A DNA stretch of 64,000 bases from contig JAVHLJ010000005.1 in NCBI GenBank assembly GCA_031082205.1, positions 10,269 through 74,268 of the forward strand. Direction: 5' to 3'. The position numbers and the translations under genes are program-made. The stretch comes from Elusimicrobiales bacterium. Its GTDB lineage: Bacteria; Elusimicrobiota; Elusimicrobia; Elusimicrobiales; UBA9959. The notes beneath the pieces are model-generated. The model did no database searches, was not told where the DNA came from, and saw only the letters and a program-made list of their open reading frames with translations. Positions 27,456-36,806 of the stretch are shown one piece after another; the stretch's first letter is position 1; each line of letters begins with the position of its first letter.

Positions 27456-28414
27456 TTTTTCAGAAGGATGAACCTGACCGTTCCGGCCGCGCAGCCGGCG
27501 GCCCAGCAGAATCCCCGCAGGTAGAGCAGCGGCAGCATCCAGAGCAGGCGCGCCCGCCCGGAAGCCCGCGCGGCGAAAAGGGCCGGCGGCAGGTTGATCA
27601 GGAAAGCCGCCAGGTTAAGCGCGAGCCAGTGAGGCATCCAGCCGAAGGCGGCGCAGAAGGGAAGCGAGACGGCCGAGAGGGCGAAGAGCGGCGGCTGCAC
27701 GGCGTCGCGAATGCCGCTGTAATCGTCGTTGCCGAGGCGCCCGGGGTGCTTGGCGGCCAGCTTCATGATCCAGTAGCCGCGCCAGAACTGCTGGACCAGG
27801 AACCGGCGGGCGTTCTCCGGGAAAAAATGGCCGGTGCGGGCCTCGCGCGTGAAGAGCAGCCGGCGGCCCGAGCCGGCTATGCGGTAGGTGAGGTCGGAGT
27901 CCTCCCCGCAGGCGATGCGGAACGACTCGTCGAAACCGCCCAGGGATTCGAGTACCTCGCGTGGCACGCCCAGGCTGAAGGAGCCGAGGTAGCGGACCTC
28001 GCGCGGCAGCCGGGCGTGGCGGTACTGTATCTCGTAATGGATGCAGGACGCCGTCAGGCTCTCCGGGTTGGCCAGCGTGTAGGTGCCGCCGGCGGCGCCG
28101 GCCCCCTCGTCGAGGAGGCGCACCAGAGCGCGGGCCCAGTCCCTGTCGGGCACGCAGTCCGAATCCGTGAACAGTACGTAGCGGCCGGAGGCGGCGCGCC
28201 AGCCGAGGTTGCGGGCGGCGGCGGCGCCGCGGTTCTCCTGGCGGAGGTATTTCACCCCGAAGCGCCCGGCCACGGCCGGGGTGGAGTCGGTCGAGCCGTC
28301 GTCCACCACTATTATCTCCAGGCCGGCCTGCGTCTGCGCCAGCAGCGCGTCCAGGGTCAGGCCTATCGTTCCGGCTCCGTTGTATACCGGGATCACCACC
28401 GAAACTTCAGGCAT
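27452..28414 (-). CDS. Membrane-anchored glycosyltransferase family 2
   Basis: VVIPVYNG...VVDDGSTD...FTDSDC (DxD), QQFWRGYW (QxxRW-like) and C-terminal TM helices. Confidence 0.8.
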   Translation of the reverse strand: MPEVSVVIPVYNGAGTIGLTLDALLAQTQAGLEIIVVDDGSTDSTPAVAGRFGVKYLRQENRGAAAARNLGWRAASGRYVLFTDSDCVPDRDWARALVRLLDEGAGAAGGTYTLANPESLTASCIHYEIQYRHARLPREVRYLGSFSLGVPREVLESLGGFDESFRIACGEDSDLTYRIAGSGRRLLFTREARTGHFFPENARRFLVQQFWRGYWIMKLAAKHPGRLGNDDYSGIRDAVQPPLFALSAVSLPFCAAFGWMPHWLALNLAAFLINLPPALFAARASGRARLLWMLPLLYLRGFCWAAGCAAGTVRFILLKK

Positions 28415-29525
28415 CGAGCTTCACCTCGCGCAGCCAGTCGCCGACCAGGCGTTCCCAGGACTGGTTCCCGGTGACCCAAACCCTGCCGCGCTCCGCCCTT
28501 GCCTTGGCCGAAGGCAGGTCGGCCGCGGCCTTGCTTATCAGGCCGGCCAGACCGCGGGGATCGCCGGCTATCTCCACGAAATCCCTGAACAGCTCCACGT
28601 CGCCGCCGGCGGTGGAGACCACCGGCAGCCCGAGCGCGAGATATTCCCTCAGTTTTATCTGCGACCGGTATTTCGCGCTCGGTTCGTCCCCGTCGAGGCA
28701 GTTGACGGCGATATCGCCGAGCCGCATGCAGGCCAGCGCGCGAGCGTGCGGCAGGTAGCCGGTGAAATGCGCCCTTCCCTCCAGTCCCCGTTCCGCCGCG
28801 GCCCGCCTGAAGGCTTCGAGCGCCGCTCCCCCGCCTATGACCAGCAGGCGGAAAGTCCCCGGAAGAGCGGACAGCGCGTCGAACACGGGTCCGAGGGCCG
28901 CCGCGGGCCCCAGGTGGGCTGCGTAGACCAGCGTGACGCCGCTCCCTTCCCAGCCGGCCGGGAGTTCCGCGGCGGGGGACCCGTCGGAGAGGTACTTGTC
29001 CGGGTCTATGCCCTGGCCCAGGAACGATATCCTGCCGGGTCCCACGCCGCGGTCCTCCAGGTAGGAACGGAGGGCCGGGTTGTGAACGCTGACCAGGTCC
29101 GCCCTTCGCAGCATGCGGAGCTGGGCAGCTTCCACCGCCAACCGGACAGGGCCGGCGGGGAAATAGCCGGAATCCAGATCGTCGAAGTCCATTATCACGC
29201 GGCAGCCGGACCTGGCGCGCTGCAGCAGGGCCGGCAGCGCCGTGTGAGGGAAGGGCTTCATCACCATGACCGCGTCGGGCCGCAGCGCCTTGAGCCTGCC
29301 GGCCGCGGCCAGGCCCGCCGGCAGCATCCAGCTCAGCGGACCTCCCGAGCCCGCGCGCAGAGGGACGTGAACGAAACCCGAGACGTCGCCCGCGTCCTCC
29401 CCGTCGGCGAGCGGTTCCAGGTAGTGGACTTCGTGGCCCAGCGCCGTCAGCGCGCGGCAGATCCCGCGATTGCGTATGGAACTGCCGCTCCGGGCCGTGA
29501 GCGAGGACAGTACGGAGAATTTCAT
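28407..29525 (-). CDS. GT-B fold glycosyltransferase (GT4-like)
   Basis: Start trimmed to the ATG at 29525 (MKFSVLSS), a TGATG overlap with radical SAM paralog D. C-terminal nucleotide-sugar-binding half ...KLREYLALGLPVVST. Confidence 0.75.
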   Translation of the reverse strand: MKFSVLSSLTARSGSSIRNRGICRALTALGHEVHYLEPLADGEDAGDVSGFVHVPLRAGSGGPLSWMLPAGLAAAGRLKALRPDAVMVMKPFPHTALPALLQRARSGCRVIMDFDDLDSGYFPAGPVRLAVEAAQLRMLRRADLVSVHNPALRSYLEDRGVGPGRISFLGQGIDPDKYLSDGSPAAELPAGWEGSGVTLVYAAHLGPAAALGPVFDALSALPGTFRLLVIGGGAALEAFRRAAAERGLEGRAHFTGYLPHARALACMRLGDIAVNCLDGDEPSAKYRSQIKLREYLALGLPVVSTAGGDVELFRDFVEIAGDPRGLAGLISKAAADLPSAKARAERGRVWVTGNQSWERLVGDWLREVKLDA

Positions 29526-30958
29526 CAGCGTACGTACTTCCTTGAAAGCAGCAGGCCGGCCAGCCGGTGCGCGTACAGGAAGAAGCCCTTGATGTTCCAC
29601 AGGAGGTCCAGCGGCTCTATTTTGGAAAGTATGAAAGAGGGGCGCAGCAGGAACTTGAGGTATCCCCGCCGCTTAAGCTCGGCCAGGCGTTCGGCGCTGA
29701 GCGTCCCGGTGTCGAAGACCGGCAGCACCTCCAGCGGGTTATAGCGGCGCCAGTCCCGGCTGCGTATAAGGCCGCGCTCGTCGTAATACCTGTAGACCTC
29801 CGTATTGGGAAAAGGCACCGCGACGGCGTACTGGCAGTAATAGGGGTCTATCTCGGAAATGAACCTGAACGTTTCCTCGACGGTCTCCTCGGTCTCTCCG
29901 GGCAGGCCCAGGATGACCGAGGCGATGGACTTCAGGCCGTGCTTCCTGCAGAGGGCGAAAGCCCGGCGTATCTGGTCGAGTTTTATGCCTTTCCCGGCCA
30001 GGTCCAGTATTTTCTGGGACCCGGATTCCACCCCGAAGCCTATTTCCACGCAGCCCGCCTCTTTGGCCGCGACCGCCATTTCTTCGTCGAGCAGGTCCAC
30101 CCTGGTGCAGATGCCGAACTTCAGGCCCGGGACCCTTTCCTTCATCAGGCGGAAGAGCTCCATCGTGCGGCCGCGCCCGAGCGAGATGGTGTCGTCGAAA
30201 AAAACGAAGTTCTTGAGGCCGAACTTCTCCCTGAGCCAGACAAGCTCGTCCACGACGTTCGCGGCTGAGCGTTCGCGGTATCTGGTCCCGCGGTAGGCGC
30301 AGAAAGAGCACCGGAAGGGACAGCCGCGGCTGGACAGCACCAGCGTGTAGACGGGGCCGAACAGGCTGGTCCTGTACGGGGTAAGCGTTTCCAGCAGGTC
30401 ATAGGCGGGGAACGGCAGCTCGTCGAGGCGGGCCGGCGGTTCCGCTCCGGCCGCTCCCTGCGTCACCCGGCCGTTCTCCAGCCAGACCGAGGCCGGCGGC
30501 CTGTCCCCGGAAGCCAGGGCCCCGCAGACGGCGGCGACGACGGACTCAGGCTCCATGGTCAGGAAATAGTCTATGTGCGGGTGCCGCGCCAGGAAGGCGT
30601 CGCGCAGTTCCGGTACGTCGGAAAGTATCTTGTTGCGCGTCAGGAGTTTCGCGCCGGGGGCGGCCGCCTTTATCCCGGCCAGCGCCTCCGCGTCGGCGTC
30701 CTGCGCGTCGAAAGCCACCCTGGCCAGTATAACGTCCGGCCCGAAAGCGGCGGCGCGGCGTTCCACCTCCGCCGCGGACAGGTCCAGGGCGTTAGCGTCC
30801 ACCAGTGACACCTCGTGGCCGACCCGGCGCAGGACGGCGGCGCAGTAGAGCAGGCCGAGCGGCGGCTGCACCATCTCGAAATCCTTGTGCTCGAACCGCT
30901 CCTCCCTTACCACGGGGAAGCCGTCCACTCTGGGCAGGTTTATCAGCAGTATTTTCAT
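29525..30958 (-). CDS. B12-binding-domain radical SAM enzyme (paralog D)
   Basis: MKILLINLP N-terminus, SRGCPFRCSFC motif, FGVESGSQKIL. 477 aa. Confidence 0.87.
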   Translation of the reverse strand: MKILLINLPRVDGFPVVREERFEHKDFEMVQPPLGLLYCAAVLRRVGHEVSLVDANALDLSAAEVERRAAAFGPDVILARVAFDAQDADAEALAGIKAAAPGAKLLTRNKILSDVPELRDAFLARHPHIDYFLTMEPESVVAAVCGALASGDRPPASVWLENGRVTQGAAGAEPPARLDELPFPAYDLLETLTPYRTSLFGPVYTLVLSSRGCPFRCSFCAYRGTRYRERSAANVVDELVWLREKFGLKNFVFFDDTISLGRGRTMELFRLMKERVPGLKFGICTRVDLLDEEMAVAAKEAGCVEIGFGVESGSQKILDLAGKGIKLDQIRRAFALCRKHGLKSIASVILGLPGETEETVEETFRFISEIDPYYCQYAVAVPFPNTEVYRYYDERGLIRSRDWRRYNPLEVLPVFDTGTLSAERLAELKRRGYLKFLLRPSFILSKIEPLDLLWNIKGFFLYAHRLAGLLLSRKYVR

Positions 30959-30998
30959 GATCGCGGCGCCCGCAACCGCCCGCCGGCGGGGCGCGCTC

Positions 30999-32423
30999 CT
31001 ACTTTTTGCCGGACGAAAGGTACTGAGAGAAACTCCTGAGACCGTGCAGTTTCCGCAGAACGTCCCCCAGGGACCTGATGTTCTTCAGCATTCTGAGCAT
31101 CTGCGCGGGCCGCAGGTAGAATTCCTTGAGACCGGTGTCGATCAGTTCGTCGATCTCTTCCTTGGTGAGCCCGGGATAGCTCAACAGGGTCGCCTGCTCC
31201 TTCTCCGGGCTGACCCACTCTCTCCAGTCCCTGGGCACGAGGTAGCCGTTGCTCTTCGCCCAGTCGTAAAGTTCCGTTCCGGGATAGACGCAGATGCCCG
31301 AGAACTGCACCGTGTCCAGCGGCAGGCTTTTGGCGAAAGCTATGGTGGCCAGGGCGGAGGCTTTAGTTTCGCCGGGAGCCCCTATCATGAAGCAGCCGTG
31401 CAGAGTGAACCCCAGCCTGGAGGCTTCGGCCGCGAAGCGGCGCGATTGTTCCAGCGTGACGCCTTTCTTCACGGCGTCGAGCGCCGCCTGGGTGCCGAAT
31501 TCGAAACCCACCATGAGCATGCGGCAGCCCGCCCGGCGCATGAGCGGCAGCAGGCCCAGGTCCATGTCCACGCGGGTATTGCAGCTCCAGGTGATCTTAA
31601 GCCCGCGGCGGAGCATCTCCCCGCAGAGTTCCCGGACATGGCCGGGGTTCGCCGTCATGGTGTCGGTCTCGAACATGATCTCCCGTATGCCGGGGAAAAG
31701 GCGGAGATCGTATTCCATCTCGTCTACTATGGCCGCGGGGGAGCGCAGGCGCACTTTCCTGCCGCACATGGCTTCGGACGTGTCGCGGCAGAAGGTGCAG
31801 CGGCCGGGGCAGCCGCGGCCGGATATAAGGGTCAGGAAAGGCAGCCGTTTGCCGATATCCTTGTACCAGGAGGGGTCTATGTGGCGCCAGGCCGGGAAAG
31901 GAAGGGAATCCACGTCGACGGGCTCCCCGGGAGGATTGTTGACGGTCCCGCCGACGGCCTGCCGGCTCAGTCCCGGTATGGAGGCCGGGTCACGCCCGTC
32001 GGCCAGGTCCAGGAGCTGGTAGTCGTATTCGCCCCTGGCTATAAAGTCTGCGGCCCCTTTGGCCAGCGCGAAGGTCTCGGCGGGCAGGGCCGTGACATGC
32101 GGCCCCACCAGCACGGTCCGGCAGGAAAAAGCGGCTTTAAGGGCGGCGGCGTGCTCTATGTCCGAATAAATGGAGGGGGTGGTGGTATGGACCACGGCGA
32201 GTTCCGGCGCGAAAGTTCCGGCTTCGGCCAGTACCTCCGGCAGGTCCATGTTCCGGGCGGCGGCGTCGATGAATTTGACGGTATGGCCGCCGCGCTCCAG
32301 GACGCCGACGGCGATAAGGAGCCAGTCGGGATGGCGCTGTACCCGCCCGCGGGAGCGGGCCGCCCACCTGGCCGACCTGCAGAAATCCCTGCCGTATGAA
32401 GGATTGAGCACCAGTATTTTCAT
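30999..32423 (-). CDS. B12-binding-domain radical SAM enzyme (paralog E)
   Basis: MKILVLNPSYG N-terminus, GRGCPGRCTFC motif and a C-terminal EFYLRPAQMLRMLKNIRSL segment. 474 aa. Confidence 0.87.
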   Translation of the reverse strand: MKILVLNPSYGRDFCRSARWAARSRGRVQRHPDWLLIAVGVLERGGHTVKFIDAAARNMDLPEVLAEAGTFAPELAVVHTTTPSIYSDIEHAAALKAAFSCRTVLVGPHVTALPAETFALAKGAADFIARGEYDYQLLDLADGRDPASIPGLSRQAVGGTVNNPPGEPVDVDSLPFPAWRHIDPSWYKDIGKRLPFLTLISGRGCPGRCTFCRDTSEAMCGRKVRLRSPAAIVDEMEYDLRLFPGIREIMFETDTMTANPGHVRELCGEMLRRGLKITWSCNTRVDMDLGLLPLMRRAGCRMLMVGFEFGTQAALDAVKKGVTLEQSRRFAAEASRLGFTLHGCFMIGAPGETKASALATIAFAKSLPLDTVQFSGICVYPGTELYDWAKSNGYLVPRDWREWVSPEKEQATLLSYPGLTKEEIDELIDTGLKEFYLRPAQMLRMLKNIRSLGDVLRKLHGLRSFSQYLSSGKK

Positions 32424-32427
32424 CGTT

Positions 32428-33111
32428 TTAAGGCGCCAGCCTGAGCCTTATTATGTTCCAGACGGCCATGAAGCCGTCCTTCCAGTTGATCTTCTTGCCC
32501 TCGCCGTAGGTGCGGGGGGTGTAGCTTATGGGTATCTCTTTTATCCTGACCCCGCGCCTGATAAGGCTGACGGCCAGCTCGGTGTCGAAATCGAAGCCGT
32601 TGCAGGTGAACTTCATCCCTTCCAGGGTCTTGAGCCTGAAGACCTTGTAGCAGGTGAGCACGTCGGTCATGCTGGAGCCGTAAAGCGCGTTGGTCAGGCC
32701 TATGATCACCCGGTTGGCTATCAGGCTGGCTGTCCTGAACCTGGCCCCGCCCAGGAAGCGGGAGCCGAAGACCACGTCGCTCTCGCCCTCCAGTATGGGC
32801 CGCAGGAGGGCGGGGTATTCCTCGGGGCTGACCTCCAGGTCGGCGTCCTGTATGATGGCTATGTCGCCCGTGGCGGCGTCGAGGCCCTTGCGCACGGCGC
32901 AGCCCTTGCCGCCGCGGCGCTCCTCGTATATGACGCGCGTGCCCGGGATATTCTCCTCGGCGCGCAGGACCTCCCTGGTGCCGTCGGAAGATGCCCCGTC
33001 CACGACTATTATCTCCTTCTCCATGCCGACGGGCACGCTGCGGACCCGGGAGATTATCTCCCGCACGGTCGCGGCCTCGTTATAGGAAGGGATTATTACG
33101 GAGAGTTTCAT
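32428..33111 (-). CDS. Soluble GT2, polyprenyl-phosphate glycosyltransferase-like (DPM1/ArnC/GtrB type)
   Basis: VIIPSYNE...VVDGASSDGT...IQDADLE, 227 aa, no TM tail. Clear paralog of 36072-36788. Confidence 0.75.
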   Translation of the reverse strand: MKLSVIIPSYNEAATVREIISRVRSVPVGMEKEIIVVDGASSDGTREVLRAEENIPGTRVIYEERRGGKGCAVRKGLDAATGDIAIIQDADLEVSPEEYPALLRPILEGESDVVFGSRFLGGARFRTASLIANRVIIGLTNALYGSSMTDVLTCYKVFRLKTLEGMKFTCNGFDFDTELAVSLIRRGVRIKEIPISYTPRTYGEGKKINWKDGFMAVWNIIRLRLAP

Positions 33112-33807
33112 TCAGGGGCAGGAGCGCAGGCGGCGCGCTTCCTGGGTCGCTTCCTCCAGCTGGGACGCCTTCTCTATGCCCAGCCAGTAATCGGAGAATT
33201 CGTATATGCCGACGTGCCTGCCGGCGGCCAGGAGCGAATTGACCAGTTCCGGCATCGTGAAAGCGCCTGCGCGGGGGATCCTGCGCAGGGCGCAGGGGGA
33301 GACGGCGTAGATGCCGGCCGATACCAGGTGTTCCGTCACCGGCTTTTCCGTTATCCCGGTGACCCTGCCGCCGGAGGCCGAGACCGTGCCGAAAGGCAGC
33401 CGGTCGAAGTACTTGCGCGCGGCGATGGTCAGCTCAGCGCCAGAGCGCCGGTGGGCGGCCATGAACTTCCTGAAGTCCAGCCGGGTGAGTATGTCGCCGT
33501 TCATGACCAGGAAGGGCTCGCGCAGTCCCTTTATGAGGCGCAGCGGGCCGGCGGTGCCGAGCGGGCGGCGCTCCCTGGTGTAGCATATGCGGACGCCGAA
33601 CTTCTCGCCGCCGCCGAAATAGGCCTCTATCAGCTCCGCGCCGTAGCCGAGCGTAAGGGTTATGTCCTTTATGCCCAGCGCCTTGAGCCGCCTGACCATG
33701 TGCTCGAGGATCGGCTTCTCGTCCACCGGCAGCAGCGGCTTGGGGATGGAGAAAGTGAAAGGGCGGAGCCTTGTGCCGCAGCCGCCGGCTATGATGACCG
33801 CTTTCAT
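33112..33807 (-). CDS. Sugar-1-phosphate nucleotidyltransferase
   Basis: MKAVIIAGGCGTRLRPFT...PKPLLPV (GxGTRL P-loop-like motif). 231 aa. Abuts the downstream GT2 with a 0-nt gap. Confidence 0.8.
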   Translation of the reverse strand: MKAVIIAGGCGTRLRPFTFSIPKPLLPVDEKPILEHMVRRLKALGIKDITLTLGYGAELIEAYFGGGEKFGVRICYTRERRPLGTAGPLRLIKGLREPFLVMNGDILTRLDFRKFMAAHRRSGAELTIAARKYFDRLPFGTVSASGGRVTGITEKPVTEHLVSAGIYAVSPCALRRIPRAGAFTMPELVNSLLAAGRHVGIYEFSDYWLGIEKASQLEEATQEARRLRSCP

Positions 33808-33829
33808 CGTAATCTCCGCTCCCCCTGCT

Positions 33830-34819
33830 TCAGATATTGTACTTGTCCGGGCTGTAGCCCTCGGAGTGCGACTTTATCCAGTCGATGGTCTGCTTCAGCC
33901 CGCTTTCGAGCGTGGTGCGCGGCTTCCAGCCGATCAGTTCCGCGGCCAGGGAGTTGTCGCAGAGCAGCTGCATAACCTCGCTGCCCTTCGGGCGCTTCCT
34001 GGCGCTCGTCGTCTCTATTTTTACCTTGCGGCCCATTAGCCGCAGTATCTCGGCCGCCAGTTCCCCGACGGAGATGTCGCGGCCGGTGCCGATGTTTATC
34101 ACCCGGCCCACCGAGCGGGGCGATTCCGCCGTCAGTATGAAGCCTTCCACGGTGTCGGCCACGTAGTTGAGGTCCCTGCGCGGGGCGAGGGCGCCCAGCT
34201 TGACCGTCCGCTTCGTGAGGGCCTGGGCTATTATGGTGGGGATGATCGCCCTGTCGGACTGGCGCGGCCCGTAGGTGTTGAAAGGCCGTATGACCGCCAC
34301 CGGCAGCCCGTAGGTGCGGTTGAAGGACTCCGCTATCTTGTCGGCCGCGATCTTGCTGGCGGAGTAGGGGGACTGGGCCTGCAGCGGGTGTTTCTCGTCT
34401 ATCGGGGTGTAGAGGGCCGTGCCGTAGACCTCGGAGGTGGAGGTGGTTACCACCTTGCTGGCCCCGGCGTCCCGGGCGGCCAGCAGGACGTTGAGCGTGC
34501 CCAGGGCGTTGACCTCGAACACCTCGCGCGGGTTCACGTAGGAGTACGGTATTCCCACGAGCGCTCCGAGGTGAAAAACGACGTCCTTCTTCTTCAGGAG
34601 CTTTTTCACCATTTCGGGGTCGCGCAGGTCGCCCGGCACGAACTCGATCTGCGAGAGGACCTGCCGCGGAGCGTGCTTGAGCGCGCCGAGGTCGTTGTAA
34701 GGCGTGTATTCCAGCAGGGCCGTCACCCTGGCCCCCAGGCGGACCAGGCGCTCGGCGAGGTGGCTCCCTATGAAGCCGCTTCCTCCCGTTATAAGGACCT
34801 TTCGGCCGCGCCAGTTCAT
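33830..34819 (-). CDS. NAD-dependent epimerase/dehydratase (extended SDR, UXS/ArnA-C-terminal/RmlB-like)
   Basis: Start trimmed to the ATG at 34819 (MNWRGRKVLITGGSGFIGSHL). STSEVYG and the YSASK catalytic motif. Confidence 0.82.
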   Translation of the reverse strand: MNWRGRKVLITGGSGFIGSHLAERLVRLGARVTALLEYTPYNDLGALKHAPRQVLSQIEFVPGDLRDPEMVKKLLKKKDVVFHLGALVGIPYSYVNPREVFEVNALGTLNVLLAARDAGASKVVTTSTSEVYGTALYTPIDEKHPLQAQSPYSASKIAADKIAESFNRTYGLPVAVIRPFNTYGPRQSDRAIIPTIIAQALTKRTVKLGALAPRRDLNYVADTVEGFILTAESPRSVGRVINIGTGRDISVGELAAEILRLMGRKVKIETTSARKRPKGSEVMQLLCDNSLAAELIGWKPRTTLESGLKQTIDWIKSHSEGYSPDKYNI

Positions 34820-34830
34820 CGGCCGGGCCT

Positions 34831-35961
34831 TCAGACCGCGGCCTTGAGGGATTCTTTCACCGCGTCGGTCACGGTCTTTATCTGCTCGTCCGTGAGTTCG
34901 GGGTACATCGGCAGGGAGAACACCGTGTCCATCACCGCGTCGCAGACCGGCAGGTCTCCGCGCTTGCCGCCGAGGTGTTTGTAGGCCTCCTGCAGGTGCA
35001 GGGCTATCGGGTAGTAGATCTGGTTGGCTATGCCCTTCTCCGTCAGGTGCTTCTGGGCGTTGTCGCGCTTGGCCTTGCTGTCGAAGCGTATCGTGTAGTA
35101 GTTGAACGAGTGGCGGCCGTTGGCCGGCACGACGGGGGTCACGCAGACGCCTTCGAGGGCTTTCGCGTACTTGGCGGCCACCTGGTTGCGCATCTCGGTC
35201 CACTTCTCGACGTGCCTGAGGCGTATGGAGAGGATGGCGGCCTGCACGGTGTCGAGGCGGCTGTTGAAGCCCTCCATCTCGTGATGGTAGCGCACCTTGC
35301 TGCCGTGGTTGCGCAGCTGTATCAGCGTCTCGTAGATCTTCTGGTCGTTGGTCGTGACCGCGCCGCCGTCGCCGAATGCGCCGAGGTTCTTGGCCGGGAA
35401 GAAGCTGAAGGTGCCGCAGTGGCCGATATTGCCCAGGTATTTCCAGTCCCCGCCGGCCGGCTTGTACTTGCCGGTGAAGGCCTGGGCGGTGTCCTCGATG
35501 ACGATGAGGCCGTGCTTCTTCGCCAGGGTCATGAAGGCGTCCATGTCGCAGGGATAGCCGTAGAGGTGCACCGGCACGATGGCCCTGGTCTTCTTCGTTA
35601 TCTTCTTCTCGACCGACTTCGGGTCGAGGTTGAAGGTGACGGGATCGATGTCGGCGAACACCGGCACCGCGCCGACCTGGGTGATGGTCTCGGAGGTGGC
35701 GATGAAAGTGAAGGGGGAGGTTATGACCTCGTCGCCGGGCTTTACGCCGCTGGCGATATAGGCCATGCGCAGGGCGTCGGTGCCGTTGGCCACGCCGACG
35801 CAGTACTTCGCGCCGTTATGGGCGGCGAATTCGGCCTCGAACTTCTTTACCTCTTCGCCGAGTATGAAATTGGCCTTGTTGAAAATGTTCTTTACGGCGG
35901 CCTCCACCTCGTCCTTTATGGGGGGATAGCCTGCCAGCATGTCTACCATGGGAACTTTCAT
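34831..35961 (-). CDS. DegT/DnrJ/EryC1/StrS-family sugar aminotransferase
   Basis: Start trimmed to the ATG at 35961, preceded by a GGAGG RBS. PLP-Lys context FSFFPAKNLGAFGDGG. 376 aa. Confidence 0.88.
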   Translation of the reverse strand: MKVPMVDMLAGYPPIKDEVEAAVKNIFNKANFILGEEVKKFEAEFAAHNGAKYCVGVANGTDALRMAYIASGVKPGDEVITSPFTFIATSETITQVGAVPVFADIDPVTFNLDPKSVEKKITKKTRAIVPVHLYGYPCDMDAFMTLAKKHGLIVIEDTAQAFTGKYKPAGGDWKYLGNIGHCGTFSFFPAKNLGAFGDGGAVTTNDQKIYETLIQLRNHGSKVRYHHEMEGFNSRLDTVQAAILSIRLRHVEKWTEMRNQVAAKYAKALEGVCVTPVVPANGRHSFNYYTIRFDSKAKRDNAQKHLTEKGIANQIYYPIALHLQEAYKHLGGKRGDLPVCDAVMDTVFSLPMYPELTDEQIKTVTDAVKESLKAAV

Positions 35962-36071
35962 CGGTTTTAGCCTCCGTGGGGCGGCTTCGGGCCGCCAATG
36001 AGGCAATTATATAAAAAAGTGTCTTTAATTGTATAATTGAGTCTCCCGCGGGGCCGACGGGACCTCTTACA
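35962..36071. promoter_or_regulatory. Divergent promoter region of the glycan locus
   Basis: AT-rich island. Extended -10 TGTATAAT on + at 36030-37 and TATAAT on - at 36006-11. A 6-bp GC hairpin at 35980-35996 lies in the leftward 5' UTR ahead of the GGAGG RBS. Confidence 0.5.
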
Positions 36072-36788
36072 ATGAAAGTTTCCATAGTCATACCTTCCTA
36101 TAACGAGATGCGCACTCTGCCGGCCGTCCTTGAAAGGCTGGGGGAGGTGCCGCTCGACAAGGAGGTGCTGGTTGTAGACGACGGCTCTTCCGACGGCTCC
36201 CGGGAATGGCTGGAGCGGGCCATAGACGAAAAACGTTTCCCTTTCGAGCTGCGCCTGATAAAACACCCGGAGAACCGGGGCAAGGGGGGGGCCCTTATCA
36301 CCGGCTTCAACGCGGCCGCGGGCGCAGCAGTCATAGTACAGGACGCGGACCTGGAGTACGACCCGGTACAGATCCCGGAAGTGGTCCGGCCCATAGCCGA
36401 GGGCCGGGCCGACGCCGTTTTCGGCTCCAGGATGCTTTCAGGAAAAGCCGCCACTTACAGCCTTCTCTACCTGGCCGGCAACAAGTTCCTCTCTTTCCTG
36501 GTGTCGCTGCTCTTCGGCGTGCGGATGACGGATTCCTACACCTGCTATAAGGCTTTCCGCGCCGCGGAGCTGCGCCGCCTGGCCCTCTCCTCGCGCGGTT
36601 TCGAGATAGAAGCGGAGCTCTCCTGCAAGACGGCCTTCCTCGGCCTGCGCTTCATGGAGGTCCCGATAGCCTACTCCCCGCGTTCCAGGAAGGAAGGGAA
36701 GAAAATAAATTTCCGGGACGCGGTCAAGGGAGTGCTGAAAATACTGGGCCTGCGGCTGAGCCTGCGCCGAAGGGATCTCGGGGGATAG
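36072..36788 (+). CDS. Soluble GT2, polyprenyl-phosphate glycosyltransferase-like (second copy)
   Basis: VIPSYNE...VVDDGSSDGS...VQDADLE, 238 aa. Collinear similarity with 32428-33111 along the full length. Confidence 0.78.
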   Translation: MKVSIVIPSYNEMRTLPAVLERLGEVPLDKEVLVVDDGSSDGSREWLERAIDEKRFPFELRLIKHPENRGKGGALITGFNAAAGAAVIVQDADLEYDPVQIPEVVRPIAEGRADAVFGSRMLSGKAATYSLLYLAGNKFLSFLVSLLFGVRMTDSYTCYKAFRAAELRRLALSSRGFEIEAELSCKTAFLGLRFMEVPIAYSPRSRKEGKKINFRDAVKGVLKILGLRLSLRRRDLGG

Positions 36789-36806
36789 GCCCGGGGGCCG
36801 GCCGCG

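Noticed and set aside
30979-30990. Self-complementary 12-mer cccgccggcggg between radical SAM paralogs E and D
   Set aside because: It can only form a 4-bp stem with a 4-nt loop, and short GC palindromes are expected by chance at this GC content. There is no supporting T-tract or conservation evidence.
20195-32423. Interpreting the five radical SAM genes as RiPP maturases (sactipeptide/SPASM type)
   Set aside because: No SPASM/twitch Cys-rich C-terminal domain is visible. No small precursor ORF fits in the tiny gaps. No peptidase or ABC exporter genes are present, and the neighbours are all glycan-assembly enzymes.
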